NCBI GenBank assembly: GCA_963665235.2 | Contig: CAXXLX010000001.1 | Coordinates: 3,168,001-3,232,000 of the forward strand | Length of the DNA: 64,000 nt | Direction: 5' to 3' | Source: Candidatus Poribacteria bacterium | GTDB taxonomy: Bacteria > Poribacteria > WGA-4E > WGA-3G | Shown: piece by piece, positions 1-10,311 of the stretch | How positions within the stretch are numbered: position 1 is the stretch's first letter | How the letters are laid out: each line of letters starts with the position of its first letter | The notes under the pieces: generated by a model | Seen by the model: the letters and a program-made list of their open reading frames with translations, nothing else | The model's database searches: none | Told to the model about the DNA's origin: nothing | Made by a program: the position numbers and the translations under genes

Positions 1-1
1 G

Positions 2-529
<528 letters not shown>

Positions 530-592
530 GTATGTGGGGGCATTGCACACGACAGGGTTGCCTGCTTCGCTAGAATCTGTAACACTCTACCT

Positions 593-745
593 AACGCGAG
601 TTTGAAAAAAGTTTTGACCTAGAGCGTTCCCTGGTAGTTTTAGCAAAAAACAGCACAAACTAGGAAGTTTATGCTACAATTATTCCGCTTTTTTCGCGAT
701 GAAAAAGGTTTAGAGCAAACGGATATTTATTATCAAGCTCACGTT
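593..745. mobile_element. non-autonomous MITE-like element, family A
   Basis: TIRs AACGCGAGTTTGA...TCAAGCTCACGTT; ACCT directly repeated at 589-592 and 746-749; near-identical inverted copy at 27378-27531. Confidence 0.8.
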
Positions 746-755
746 ACCTAAACTT

Positions 756-1772
756 TTACAACTGCTCTGCTAAAAATGCAATCCCAGGCTCTAAGTCAAT
801 CTCATGTTCCCCCTGAAAATGATCGAGGATTAACCGCTCAGGTTTCCCGCATGCAGCATATATCTTTTTCAAGTGTTCAAACGCCGCCAGAGCGTCCGAT
901 TCGATGAAACATCGGTCATCCGCTCCGATTTGCACCATACACGCCCGCGGGGCGATTAATCCCGCCACGTCGGCAATATCGCCCGCTGCACGTAATCCAA
1001 ACATGAATTGTGAACCGCAGGTATTTCCGCGTCCACGGTCACCTAACGCATCTGTCAACGTGCTGAGATAACAGACGATGACAGCCGCCTTAACCCGCGA
1101 ATCGAAGGCAGAAATATAGGTCGTCATTGTGCCACCGAATGAGCATCCCATACATCCCAAGCGACTGCCATCCACTTCAGGACGGGTCTGCAAATAGTCC
1201 AAGCAACGTTGTCCATCCGAAATATTGAGTTGGAGCAGTTGATAACCGAAATATCCGAGTGCAAAATAGGCGGCGTTACATCCATCTCTGCCTGGGCGAC
1301 GCACCCATTCATCCCTATCTTTTCGCTCCCCGAAGCAGCGCCAGTCCGGAGCAATCGTTACAAAACCGCGCTGCGCCAATTCCACCGCGTACTGTTTCTG
1401 ATAATCCGCCACAATGCCGACTGCTCCATCTTTTCCTACACCGTGTCCGTGCGCGCATAACACTGCTGGAGCAGGATTGTCTGCATTTGCATCATCAGGT
1501 ATTAAGACGTACGCTGGAATAGAGGAGAATGCATCCGGATTAAAGAGTATCTTTTCTCTTGTATATCCATCTTGTTGTATCTGTTCCACCGTTTCCGCTG
1601 CTAAGGGCACCGGTTCAGGTTTCGGACCTAAGGCTCGAGCGATATTGCGTCTAAATTTCCGCCGCCATTCTCGGAATTCTGTTTGCGTTGTGCCATTGAA
1701 GTAAAGCGGTGGGGTTGTTTTCAAAAGTTGTTCAACGCTCTGTTCTGCCGTTAAAAATCTCTCTACTGCCAT
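756..1772 (-). CDS. alpha/beta hydrolase (dienelactone hydrolase/Abhydrolase_7-like)
   Basis: AVLCAHGHG, nucleophile elbow GCSFGG, LIAPR, C-terminal His (GEHEI). Confidence 0.85.
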   Translation of the reverse strand: MAVERFLTAEQSVEQLLKTTPPLYFNGTTQTEFREWRRKFRRNIARALGPKPEPVPLAAETVEQIQQDGYTREKILFNPDAFSSIPAYVLIPDDANADNPAPAVLCAHGHGVGKDGAVGIVADYQKQYAVELAQRGFVTIAPDWRCFGERKDRDEWVRRPGRDGCNAAYFALGYFGYQLLQLNISDGQRCLDYLQTRPEVDGSRLGCMGCSFGGTMTTYISAFDSRVKAAVIVCYLSTLTDALGDRGRGNTCGSQFMFGLRAAGDIADVAGLIAPRACMVQIGADDRCFIESDALAAFEHLKKIYAACGKPERLILDHFQGEHEIDLEPGIAFLAEQL

Positions 1773-1810
1773 AATCTGTGCCTCCTATTATATGAAAGGT
1801 GGATTAATAG

Positions 1811-1846
1811 AGACACCGGGGAAATAACGTGAATTTCCCCGTGTCT
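1811..1846. terminator. stem-loop downstream of the 1859-3751 gene
   Basis: AGACAC-CGGGGAAAT...ATTTCCCCG-TGTCT inverted repeat. Confidence 0.5.
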
Positions 1847-1858
1847 AATTGGGATTAC

Positions 1859-3751
1859 CTACCACGGCTGCTTGTATGATGGCGCATTGACAAAACGTTC
1901 TGTTCCCACCTCCAACGCAATATGTGTGTTAGGCGGCAGATGAACTTGAAGATATGTGCCGTTAACCGCAACGTTGTTTTCACCGTTACCATTTTTGGTG
2001 CGCGCAGTTGTGAAATTATGCTCACCCATCGAGCCCGCTTGAACGATGACATCCCGTGCCTCAGTAGTACTGAGGTTTACGAGTTCTAGTTCGGTCGTAT
2101 CGTTTGTCAATTTAGAGACCAACGCTGCCACATCTGCTGGGAGCCCCGGTCGCTGCTGCTGTGGGTCAAAGTGTCGCACCCGTGTTACGAGCAAACCGCC
2201 GTTGTAATGCGGTAACGGACCACCACACGTGAGCTCAACTAGACCTTCGCAGGTAACGGGGTTACGTCTTTGAAAATAGGCATCTCCATATCCCGCCGGA
2301 TCTTCCTCATCGTTTTCCATATAGTTGAGTCGCTGCTGAACTTGCGATAGGTTATGATTGAGAATTGATTCGGGATATTCGGGAAAATCGCCTCGCATAT
2401 ATGCTAACCATCCGCCATCTCGTCCGCCTTGGTCTTTAGTGTGATGCCACGCGTTGATGTCAAATTTAGAGCCTGTCCGTTTGGCGATTTGGACTGCACG
2501 CTCCTGATCTGCGGCATCCATCGACATTGCCCATAGATGTGCTACATCAGAGGGATGCATCGGCATAAATTCGAACCAACCATCAATCTGTAGCGTTGTG
2601 TCATCCTCGTTTTTTATTGGATACTGCATCCACGGCCCAGGCGTATAGTTTGCAATTCCCGGATCGCCGTATTTCTGCGGTACATAAAGCTGATCGTTAT
2701 GGTCAATACCGTGCTGAATTAGGACATCAATTTGGGAACGCGGGAAGTCCATATATGTCAAATCGCTGTGAAGGAGTGCCGCGTTCTGTCCAGCTACGCT
2801 GACTGCCTGACCAACACTATGCCACCCATGAGGCCAACTCCAGCCATAACGAGAACCGTACCACTTGCCGTCCATGTGTTCCCCGATTATGCCCGAAATC
2901 CCGACGTTATCAGGTACGATGCCGTTGTTTTCCGCTGTGCGGCTAATCCATGCATCAACATATTCCTGCACCCACGCCTTATATTTTTCTTCGCCAGTGA
3001 ACATATAGGCGTTGGTAGCCAGGGTCGTCGCAGCGAGATTGCCGACTGCGTCTCCTTTTCCTTGCCGTTCAAAGATTACACGTCCCATCAGATCGCGTAA
3101 TTCTTGGTTTTCCAGCATCACATCCCGACTTGTGCAGCCTGGAACATCGATAAACGGCAAATTATAACCATTTGCGGGATAAAAAGATTCTCTTTCAAGG
3201 ATCCAAAATGCTGCTCCCTTACTGCCGTTCATCACACATTTGATGATTTTGTGTTGCGGGTCGTAATTCTGTGCCTCAGGGTCTTCGTTCATAAAGAATC
3301 CTGCGAATCGTTTGGCGCGTTCAGCATTCTTTGTATGTGTCGGCTCTGCCATGCAAAGCATATAAAACAGATAATTACCTTCGCTTTGGTGAAACCAGTC
3401 GTATCCCGGTTGATACTCCTTAACGACCATCGGATAGTCATGTCCTGAGCCGTATCTGGTCATGTCCTCCGTGATAACCTCAAATTCGGTTTGTGCATCT
3501 ACCAAGAACTGTGCATCTCCACCAAGCATATAGAAAAGCGGCCAGTTATGGAAACTCTCATAAGCATCGTCCAATCCATCAAAGCTTTGAAAATCTGGAT
3601 GCGTTGGCCAAAACAACGTTCCATCTGGACGTGTGTATTTTTTCAAAACTTGTGGTGCTGCGACGTTGATTTTGTCAATCAGTTCACGTTCGAGGGTTGC
3701 CCAGGTCGGCGGGGTTTGAACGCGGGTTTGCGCTTCAATTGTTGGAAACAT
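1859..3751 (-). CDS. conserved hypothetical protein, possibly an (alpha/alpha)-barrel carbohydrate-active enzyme
   Basis: 630-aa Trp/Tyr/Asp-rich ORF with GGAGG RBS; DDAYESFHNW, YDWFHQSEG, VPDNVG motifs; function not recognised. Confidence 0.6.
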   Translation of the reverse strand: MFPTIEAQTRVQTPPTWATLERELIDKINVAAPQVLKKYTRPDGTLFWPTHPDFQSFDGLDDAYESFHNWPLFYMLGGDAQFLVDAQTEFEVITEDMTRYGSGHDYPMVVKEYQPGYDWFHQSEGNYLFYMLCMAEPTHTKNAERAKRFAGFFMNEDPEAQNYDPQHKIIKCVMNGSKGAAFWILERESFYPANGYNLPFIDVPGCTSRDVMLENQELRDLMGRVIFERQGKGDAVGNLAATTLATNAYMFTGEEKYKAWVQEYVDAWISRTAENNGIVPDNVGISGIIGEHMDGKWYGSRYGWSWPHGWHSVGQAVSVAGQNAALLHSDLTYMDFPRSQIDVLIQHGIDHNDQLYVPQKYGDPGIANYTPGPWMQYPIKNEDDTTLQIDGWFEFMPMHPSDVAHLWAMSMDAADQERAVQIAKRTGSKFDINAWHHTKDQGGRDGGWLAYMRGDFPEYPESILNHNLSQVQQRLNYMENDEEDPAGYGDAYFQRRNPVTCEGLVELTCGGPLPHYNGGLLVTRVRHFDPQQQRPGLPADVAALVSKLTNDTTELELVNLSTTEARDVIVQAGSMGEHNFTTARTKNGNGENNVAVNGTYLQVHLPPNTHIALEVGTERFVNAPSYKQPW

Positions 3752-3849
3752 TACTTCTACCTCCCACTATACAGTGTGAAATATTTAGATTTCATCTAGT
3801 TGCAGTATATCACATTTTGTATATTTGCGAAACCACTCTTTTTTTGCAT

Positions 3850-4314
3850 GGGATGCGTAAAGTTTTTGTCCAAAGGATAGCGGGAAGGATGGAAGGATGG
3901 AAGAATGGAAGAATGGAAGAATGGATTTCGCGGGTGTTGTCTGAATCACGGAAAGCGCGGAGAACGCGGAGAACACGGAAAAAGAGGTTTGTTGCTAACG
4001 TCTAACCATTTTGTGCAGAATTGCGGCTTACACAGAGGACACAGAGGACGCGGATTGTCTGATGCGTATGCGTCAAGGTTTTGTGATTAAGGGTGGCGCG
4101 TCTTTTTTGTCTGAATCGCGGATTATCGCGGATTTATCGGATTACGCGGATTTTAAGAGGTGTCCGCATCACGGTTTTGCGATTAAGGGTGTCGCCTCTT
4201 TAAACTAGCCCCAGCGGGGCGTTATGTTTATAGAAACCGCACCCACCCCACAAACTAGCCCTAGCGGGGCGGTATGTTTATAGAAACAATCGTGTCAGAA
4301 ACTTTACACACCCC
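3850..4314. mobile_element. TIR-bounded repeat cluster (family D)
   Basis: GGGATGCGTAAAGTTT at 3850 and AAACTTTACACACCCC ending 4314; encloses GGAAGRAT 8-mers, CGCGGATTA-type 9-mers and two CTAGCCCYAGCGGGGCG..TTTATAGAA REP units. Confidence 0.6.
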
Positions 4315-4327
4315 ATATCATTTTCCC

Positions 4328-4356
4328 TTGAATGTTCTCATGAAGTATGCTATAAT
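4328..4356 (+). promoter_or_regulatory. sigma70-type promoter
   Basis: TTGAAT-N17-TATAAT with extended -10 TG. Confidence 0.6.
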
Positions 4357-4365
4357 TTTTTTAAG

Positions 4366-4686
4366 AACGTGAGTTTGGAAAAAGTTTTCCCTTAGTATTC
4401 GGGCAACCAGCTCCCTCCGTAGGGACGATATGTTTATAGAAAAAGACGTTTCCATCCTAATTCTTAGTCCCATAGGGACGACATATTTATAGAAGCAGCC
4501 GTTAACGCCAAAACTCTTAGTCCCAGTATTCGGGCAAGCAGCCCGCTCTTTAAGGACGATATATTTATAGAAAAAGACGTTTCCATCCTAATTCTTAGTC
4601 CCAGTATTCGGGCAAGCAGCCCGCTCTTTAAGGACGATATGTTTATAGGGGTTAGGCAAACCGACATTTATTATCAAACTCACGTT
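4366..4686. mobile_element. MITE family A ends enclosing a REP array
   Basis: TIRs AACGTGAGTTTG...CAAACTCACGTT; TTAAG at 4361-4365 and 4687-4691; interior is four GGACGAYATRTTTATAG units, unlike the other family A copies. Confidence 0.75.
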
Positions 4687-4702
4687 TTAAGAAGTAAAGG
4701 CA

Positions 4703-4888
4703 ATGATGTCCTTGAATACCCAGACCAAACGCCGAACGATTATGAAGCGTGCAGGCTATAAATGTCGGAAGCGTGGGAGACGCGCGACACAAGTGCATCA
4801 CGAAACTTATAAACGCATCGGCAGAGAACGCCTCAGCGACCTGACTGCGGTGTGTGGTGGATGTCATAAACGGATTCATGGGAAATAG
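4703..4888 (+). pseudogene. small HNH-endonuclease-like ORF, probably degenerate
   Basis: QVHHETY..G.E...DL..VCGGCHKRIH resembles the HNH core; first CxxC broken (CRKR); N-terminus short. Confidence 0.6.
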
Positions 4889-4929
4889 CAGCTTTTCATA
4901 ACAAGGAAATTATTCATATTGAGGAAATT

Positions 4930-5778
4930 ATGTCAAATAATTCACTCGTAAATTTGGGCGATCTATCAAAACCTGTGACTGTCCTTATCGAAAAAATATC
5001 GGAAGCAGTAGGTGGCATCGCCGCCCCTGGCCAAATCAAGCGAGTTGCTAAAGCGGAAGCTGAAGCTGCAATAATCAAGGCTCAATCTGAAATTGAGATA
5101 ACTGACCAGCACTTACGAGCTGTGCAGCGCAGAATTGAAGAGGATGCTCGACAGCAAAAGAACATAGAGGATATTACATCTAAGGCGATCCCTCATTTAA
5201 ACGAAGATGCCAATCCCGAAAATATGGATGACGATTGGATCGCTAACTTGTTTGATAAATGCCGGATAGTCTCTGACGAGGAGATGCAGAGTTTGTGGGC
5301 ACGCGTTTTAGCGACAGAGGCAAACACCCCTGGGACTTTGTCAAAAAGGACGGTCAACCTTCTTTCAGATTTCGACAAAAGCGATGCAGAACTATTTACT
5401 AAACTTTGCGGATTTGGTTGGATGATTGGGAATATTGTACCATTGGTGTTCGATGTTCAGGCAAACATCTATAACAGACATGGGATTAACTTTAATAAGC
5501 TGAGTCACCTTGAGGTTATTGGACTTATCCAACTTGGAGCCCCTACGGGTTTCAAACGGCTCGGTTTTCCTAAAAGAGGCATTGTGCATTATTATGGTAA
5601 GTCACTCTTGTTAGAAATGCCTAAGGATGCTAACAATGAACTTGATATTGGAAATACACTTCTCACAAAAATCGGACAGGAGCTCGCGCCAATATGCGGA
5701 AGCAACCCGGTGGAGGGCTTCTATGAATATGTGAAGGAGCAATGGAAGGAGTATTTGCCTGCAGCCGGGAAAGATTAA
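4930..5778 (+). CDS. DUF2806-like protein
   Basis: RQQKNIEDI, DDDWIANLFDKCRIVSDEEMQSLWARVLATEANTPG.LSKRT pattern; GAGG RBS. Confidence 0.8.
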   Translation: MSNNSLVNLGDLSKPVTVLIEKISEAVGGIAAPGQIKRVAKAEAEAAIIKAQSEIEITDQHLRAVQRRIEEDARQQKNIEDITSKAIPHLNEDANPENMDDDWIANLFDKCRIVSDEEMQSLWARVLATEANTPGTLSKRTVNLLSDFDKSDAELFTKLCGFGWMIGNIVPLVFDVQANIYNRHGINFNKLSHLEVIGLIQLGAPTGFKRLGFPKRGIVHYYGKSLLLEMPKDANNELDIGNTLLTKIGQELAPICGSNPVEGFYEYVKEQWKEYLPAAGKD

Positions 5779-5916
5779 TGCGGGCAGACAATCTTGTGCA
5801 CATGCTGCACCGCTGAGGTTGAAGTAGTTATCAGTCGTCAGTTGTTGGAACCGTAGCCTCCTCTAGTATTCGGGCAAACGGTTTCCCGCTCCTATAATCG
5901 CGAGCGAAGCTCGCTC

Positions 5917-8900
5917 CTACAGAGGAAGGGAAGGCAATCCCTTAACAATCTCCACCGTCTTTAAGCTGACGGTGATAACGCGGGCGATGAGGTCTACGAT
6001 GTACTGCGGTTCTGCCTCACGGTTCGGGTCATTGACAATGCCGCTCCGTTTGTCTACCTTGACACAATACTGATTAATTACCCACTCCAACGCGGAACGG
6101 GTGCCGAGTCGATACTCGTAAACCTCCGTGGGGATGCCATCCAACGTCAAGAAGTCGTTATATTTCAGCAGCGTCCTGTCTTTGTTGTATTTCGGCTGCG
6201 TTGTATCTTTAGAGAGTTTCATCTGCTCTACGCGCCAATCTACCCGCATTTCCGGTGTCTCAATATATTTCAGTTTATCGTATTTCGGAGCGGATTCGTA
6301 ATTGACGTGGAGGTCTGCTAATGCCGCACCAGCAGTAGCAAATCCCCAGAAATCCTCGGCGAAGGGGATATGCGGTAAATCGCGTTTGAGGTTCATCTCG
6401 TATTTTTCGCGATAGTCGGGATGGTGCAAAAGCCCGTAGGTATAATGGAAGATGTCCCATTTAGAGATGGTGTCATCCCCGTAGTGGATTCGGAATTCCG
6501 CCAATGCCCAATCGGTGATATTCTCTCGTCGGTTCGTGCCATCCTTATCGTAGGTGTAGAAGGGGAAACATTGGGAGCCACCTTGTGGCAACAAATCTAG
6601 AATTTTGTCTGTCATTAGGGCAAACATCGGCCACTCTCTCCCGACCTTAAGCCATATTACCCGATTTTCCATTTCTGTCTCAGGCGTTGGAAAGAAGTAT
6701 GGAAACAGATGAACGCAATTGTTCAGAACGCGGTCTAAGAACAGGTTGGATTTTGTAAAAGGGCGGTAGAGTGATGTCCGAACCTTGTTTTCTGTATATT
6801 CGGCATGTCTGCCGCGTTGTAAGTGCTGCCGTAATTCGCGATCCCACTTGATTTTCGTGTCATCATAAATCACAAAATCGCTAACATTTGTTTGCTGATT
6901 TTCTCGACGCTTCCACCTATCCATCTCTGCATTGTAAGTCTGAGTCATTCTCCGAACGTTCTCAGTCAGAGCATTTTGATTGAAGTTGTAAACCCACGCA
7001 TCGCGATTGGTTTTAATCCCATTACTATATGTTTTGAAAATCACATCTGTTGTTTCACCTTTAGCGGCTTTCGCTTGCTTAGTGCCAATTGGGGTAAAGG
7101 TGTTGAATTCGGCGTGAAGTCCCTGAGTGAGCCATGTATGTCTGCTATCTGGTTGAATGGATTGCCACTCAATACAGCCTATGTGTTGACGTGCATTCAG
7201 GAAATCAAATTTCTGTTTCTTTTTCCACGTCTCATCAGTGTGATAGTAAAAGACTTGGGTATTCCCTGGCGACTTCGCTCTCTTTTTCACAAATAAATTG
7301 ATACTCACCCCAACCCGAATGCCGAACACGTTTGCATCAGAGACCTTTAATCCTTTCCGGGCATTTCCGCCTAAATCTAGAAGATAGATTGCGGTGCAGT
7401 TTTCTGTGAGGTGTTTCCGCATGCCATCAAACGCCAATCCGTCGATAAAGCTGTTATTTGTAATAAAGGCAACCACGCCTTCCTCTCCAATTCTGTCCAA
7501 TGCCCATCGGATAGCTTTTATGTATGGGTCATAGAGGGCATTTTTGAGTGTTGCTTTGGAATCTACTGCGTAGGTTTCTGCAATCCGCTTGTCCATCGCC
7601 TCATATTTTCTATTTCTATTATTGTCGCTATCATTAACCTGCCCTGCATTATAAGGTGGATTGCCGATAACGACAAACATATCCGCAGCCTTCTGTCTTT
7701 TGACACGTTCCGTGTTTTCGCGTGTGAAGAGTTCCCCTTGCTGCTGTTCAAGCAGCTCAAACGTGTCGGCAAGGGCAATGCCTTCAAACGGCAGGTATGT
7801 CCCTGTGCGTTGGAAAAACTCCTGCTCGATGTTGAGGCTGGCGATGTAGTAGGGCAGGAGCATTACCTCGTTGCAGTGGAGCTCGTGACGATATTTCTCC
7901 TCTAACGCTGTGCCTTGAATGTCCTGCATGAGATGGACAATAAAATTGCCTGTCCCAACAAACGGGTCGATGATATGCACACCGGTATCCGACAACGCTC
8001 TATCGAAATAGGTTTCGAGGATATGCTCGACACTGTTTACCATGAAATCAACAATCGGTTGCGGTGTGTAGACGATGCCGTGTGTGTCTGCGACATCTTT
8101 GGAGAACCCCTGAAAAAATTTCTCATAAAATGTATTGAGGAAATGCTGTTTCTGGGAAAAGTCTTTGCAGAATGTCGATGCCTGCTCGATAGCAACATAA
8201 AACTGATCTAAAGGTTCAAGAAACACATCACGGCTTACTTCATGCTGCATGAGGGTGTAGCTGACATCTTCAATCTCGCGGGCGATAATGTTTCGACGGG
8301 TGAAGTCTGACCTATTGAAAACGGTACGGAAAATGCGCTCCGTGAGAATGTGTTGGATGAGCATCTCTTCGATGGCATCGCGTGAGAGGTCCGGGTTGAT
8401 TGCGGTGCGGCAGGTTTCGTAAAAATCGGTGAACGCTTTTTTGAACGCGGCATCTGTCTCATGGCGTTGGGCTATAAGTGTTTTCAACGCGTTTGCGAGG
8501 GCCGGCACATATTCTCTGAAATCGGTGACCGCAGCCTGCCAGTTGCCCAATGCGGGTGGGACATAAGAGAATAGGGCTTGAAGGGTATTAATCAAAAGCT
8601 TTGGGTCGGTAATGTCTACGTCAAAAACCTGCTCACCGTTCTGATAGAGGATACCGCGTTGTGGGTTTTGGAAAAGCGTATTATCGAACGGATAACCTGC
8701 CTCGCGTTTGTCCTGCACAGCCTTTTGGAGATTATCGTCTATATCCTTTGCTTCCCAATAAGCGAATGGCAGTCCGTATTCGTCAAGGATGACACCATCT
8801 ATGACGATACGTTTTCCCTGTGGCGTTTGCATCGCATATTGCGGGACGAGGGTGCCGTTGATCTGTTTGGCGCATCTATCCAGTAGGAAGGCAAACGGAT

Positions 8901-9006
8901 TGCTAACGGCACCTTCATGTATGATGTTGTGTTGGTCGTATTGCGCCAGGGATGCGTAGTAATCGCGGACGACTTTATGTGTAGGTTTGAGGTTGAGCTG
9001 TTCCAT
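5917..9006 (-). CDS. single-chain restriction-modification enzyme (PD-(D/E)xK nuclease + N6-adenine MTase + Type ISP/LlaBIII-like specificity domain)
   Basis: IDG..YWEAKD nuclease motif, GIVYTP, DPFVGTG (motif I), GNPPY (motif IV), GIKTNRDAWVY, YRPF; start taken at MEQLNL. Confidence 0.85.
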   Translation of the reverse strand: MEQLNLKPTHKVVRDYYASLAQYDQHNIIHEGAVSNPFAFLLDRCAKQINGTLVPQYAMQTPQGKRIVIDGVILDEYGLPFAYWEAKDIDDNLQKAVQDKREAGYPFDNTLFQNPQRGILYQNGEQVFDVDITDPKLLINTLQALFSYVPPALGNWQAAVTDFREYVPALANALKTLIAQRHETDAAFKKAFTDFYETCRTAINPDLSRDAIEEMLIQHILTERIFRTVFNRSDFTRRNIIAREIEDVSYTLMQHEVSRDVFLEPLDQFYVAIEQASTFCKDFSQKQHFLNTFYEKFFQGFSKDVADTHGIVYTPQPIVDFMVNSVEHILETYFDRALSDTGVHIIDPFVGTGNFIVHLMQDIQGTALEEKYRHELHCNEVMLLPYYIASLNIEQEFFQRTGTYLPFEGIALADTFELLEQQQGELFTRENTERVKRQKAADMFVVIGNPPYNAGQVNDSDNNRNRKYEAMDKRIAETYAVDSKATLKNALYDPYIKAIRWALDRIGEEGVVAFITNNSFIDGLAFDGMRKHLTENCTAIYLLDLGGNARKGLKVSDANVFGIRVGVSINLFVKKRAKSPGNTQVFYYHTDETWKKKQKFDFLNARQHIGCIEWQSIQPDSRHTWLTQGLHAEFNTFTPIGTKQAKAAKGETTDVIFKTYSNGIKTNRDAWVYNFNQNALTENVRRMTQTYNAEMDRWKRRENQQTNVSDFVIYDDTKIKWDRELRQHLQRGRHAEYTENKVRTSLYRPFTKSNLFLDRVLNNCVHLFPYFFPTPETEMENRVIWLKVGREWPMFALMTDKILDLLPQGGSQCFPFYTYDKDGTNRRENITDWALAEFRIHYGDDTISKWDIFHYTYGLLHHPDYREKYEMNLKRDLPHIPFAEDFWGFATAGAALADLHVNYESAPKYDKLKYIETPEMRVDWRVEQMKLSKDTTQPKYNKDRTLLKYNDFLTLDGIPTEVYEYRLGTRSALEWVINQYCVKVDKRSGIVNDPNREAEPQYIVDLIARVITVSLKTVEIVKGLPSLPL

Positions 9007-9079
9007 GAGAGTATAATAGCAGATGGAATAGTATAATGGGATCTCTAAGGAAACCTGACGGGCGAGGGGACCTCGCCCT

Positions 9080-9952
9080 TTAACCCCGCCATTGCACATC
9101 GATGCTGGTGTATCCGTGGGTATATTGGTGCAAATGTGATGGTAGATCTGATAGGAACTGCTGCCCCTCATTCGGAATTTCCCAGGGAATATCGATGGCG
9201 TGGGCACGGTCCCGAAAACCGATGGCGCACGACAACCGGATGTCGTCAATCTGGTTGGGGAATGCTGCGTGATATGTCCGGTGCGCGAACACAATCATAT
9301 CCCCCGGGTTTGTGAAGAGCGGTACGACTCCCGGTACATCGAAATCTGTATATGCCTTTTCCGCTTCCCCTACCTTATAAAAGGAACGTCTATCCGCTGT
9401 CATGTTGAACCCTTCTGGCCCTTCCCAATTCTCTACATGAGAGTCCGCGATTACGCATAAGCCGCCGTGTTCCGGGCGCGAGCCTGTGAGATAAAACCAT
9501 TTTCCGGAGGGCCACAATCCGCGGTTCAGCACGTCGCCGGAATTTTTCGGGGGCGCGTTTGAAAAACCGCACCAATCGGTGTGCCATGCAACAGGATGTG
9601 AGCCGGGCATCCGGATGATAGCGGCGGAGCGGTGTACAGTCAATTCGTCTGTACCGATGAGATGACGATGGATTTTCATGAAGGGTTCGTATTCAAGGAG
9701 CGTCCACGCGCCTGCCCCAGATTCAATCCAAGCGTGACGGGTACGACTCTGTCCATGCGTCAATTCTCTGTTCGGATCGGTTCCATCGAAAACTGCCTGT
9801 TTTGCGGTGTCGACCCACTCGGGGGGCAACACATCTTTGATGATTGCAAACCCATGTGCTTCTAGACAGTCGGACATGAGAGAGAGCTGAGCGGTTTCAA
9901 ATTCATAATCGTATTCAAGTTCCGGTTTCTGAATTTTCAAGTAGTGTTCCAT
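9080..9952 (-). CDS. phytanoyl-CoA dioxygenase (PhyH) family 2OG-Fe(II) oxygenase
   Basis: GFAIIKDVLP, WHTD (HxD), PGDMIVFAHRTYHAA, distal Arg. Confidence 0.85.
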   Translation of the reverse strand: MEHYLKIQKPELEYDYEFETAQLSLMSDCLEAHGFAIIKDVLPPEWVDTAKQAVFDGTDPNRELTHGQSRTRHAWIESGAGAWTLLEYEPFMKIHRHLIGTDELTVHRSAAIIRMPGSHPVAWHTDWCGFSNAPPKNSGDVLNRGLWPSGKWFYLTGSRPEHGGLCVIADSHVENWEGPEGFNMTADRRSFYKVGEAEKAYTDFDVPGVVPLFTNPGDMIVFAHRTYHAAFPNQIDDIRLSCAIGFRDRAHAIDIPWEIPNEGQQFLSDLPSHLHQYTHGYTSIDVQWRG

Positions 9953-10311
9953 GAGTGAAATTCTCCCAGGTATTTTGTTACGGAAACCTACTATGTATCA
10001 TTATGGCATACGGAGGATGCCTACTACCTTGCAGTAACGGTGTTATTTTATCAGATATACCCTATTGTGTCAACAATTTTTTTTGAATTGCTTTTTCCAG
10101 ATGTTTCTGCTATACTTTGCAAGAGGTAGAAAGGGGATAGGTAAATTTATCAATTTCTTTGCACATTTTTAAATAATATGGTAAAATTAAAAAGAAGTCT
10201 TGTCCAATTGACTGCAAAGTTTTTGTTGAACTTGGATAGGTATTTGTTTCGAATGTTGGGCGGACTTGTCGGTGTAGTGGTTTGTAAGGCGGCGGTAGTG
10301 CGTAAAATTGG

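Noticed and set aside
4204-4650. CRISPR-like array (~30-bp palindromic repeats with ~20-30-bp spacers); also at 63614-63741 and 59308-59414
   Set aside because: Repeats are degenerate, few, dispersed and in both orientations; one spacer is duplicated; no cas genes or leader. Fits REP arrays.
9007-9294. 96-aa N-terminal extension of the RM ORF
   Set aside because: Overlaps the phyH gene; a -10 element sits just before ATG 9006.
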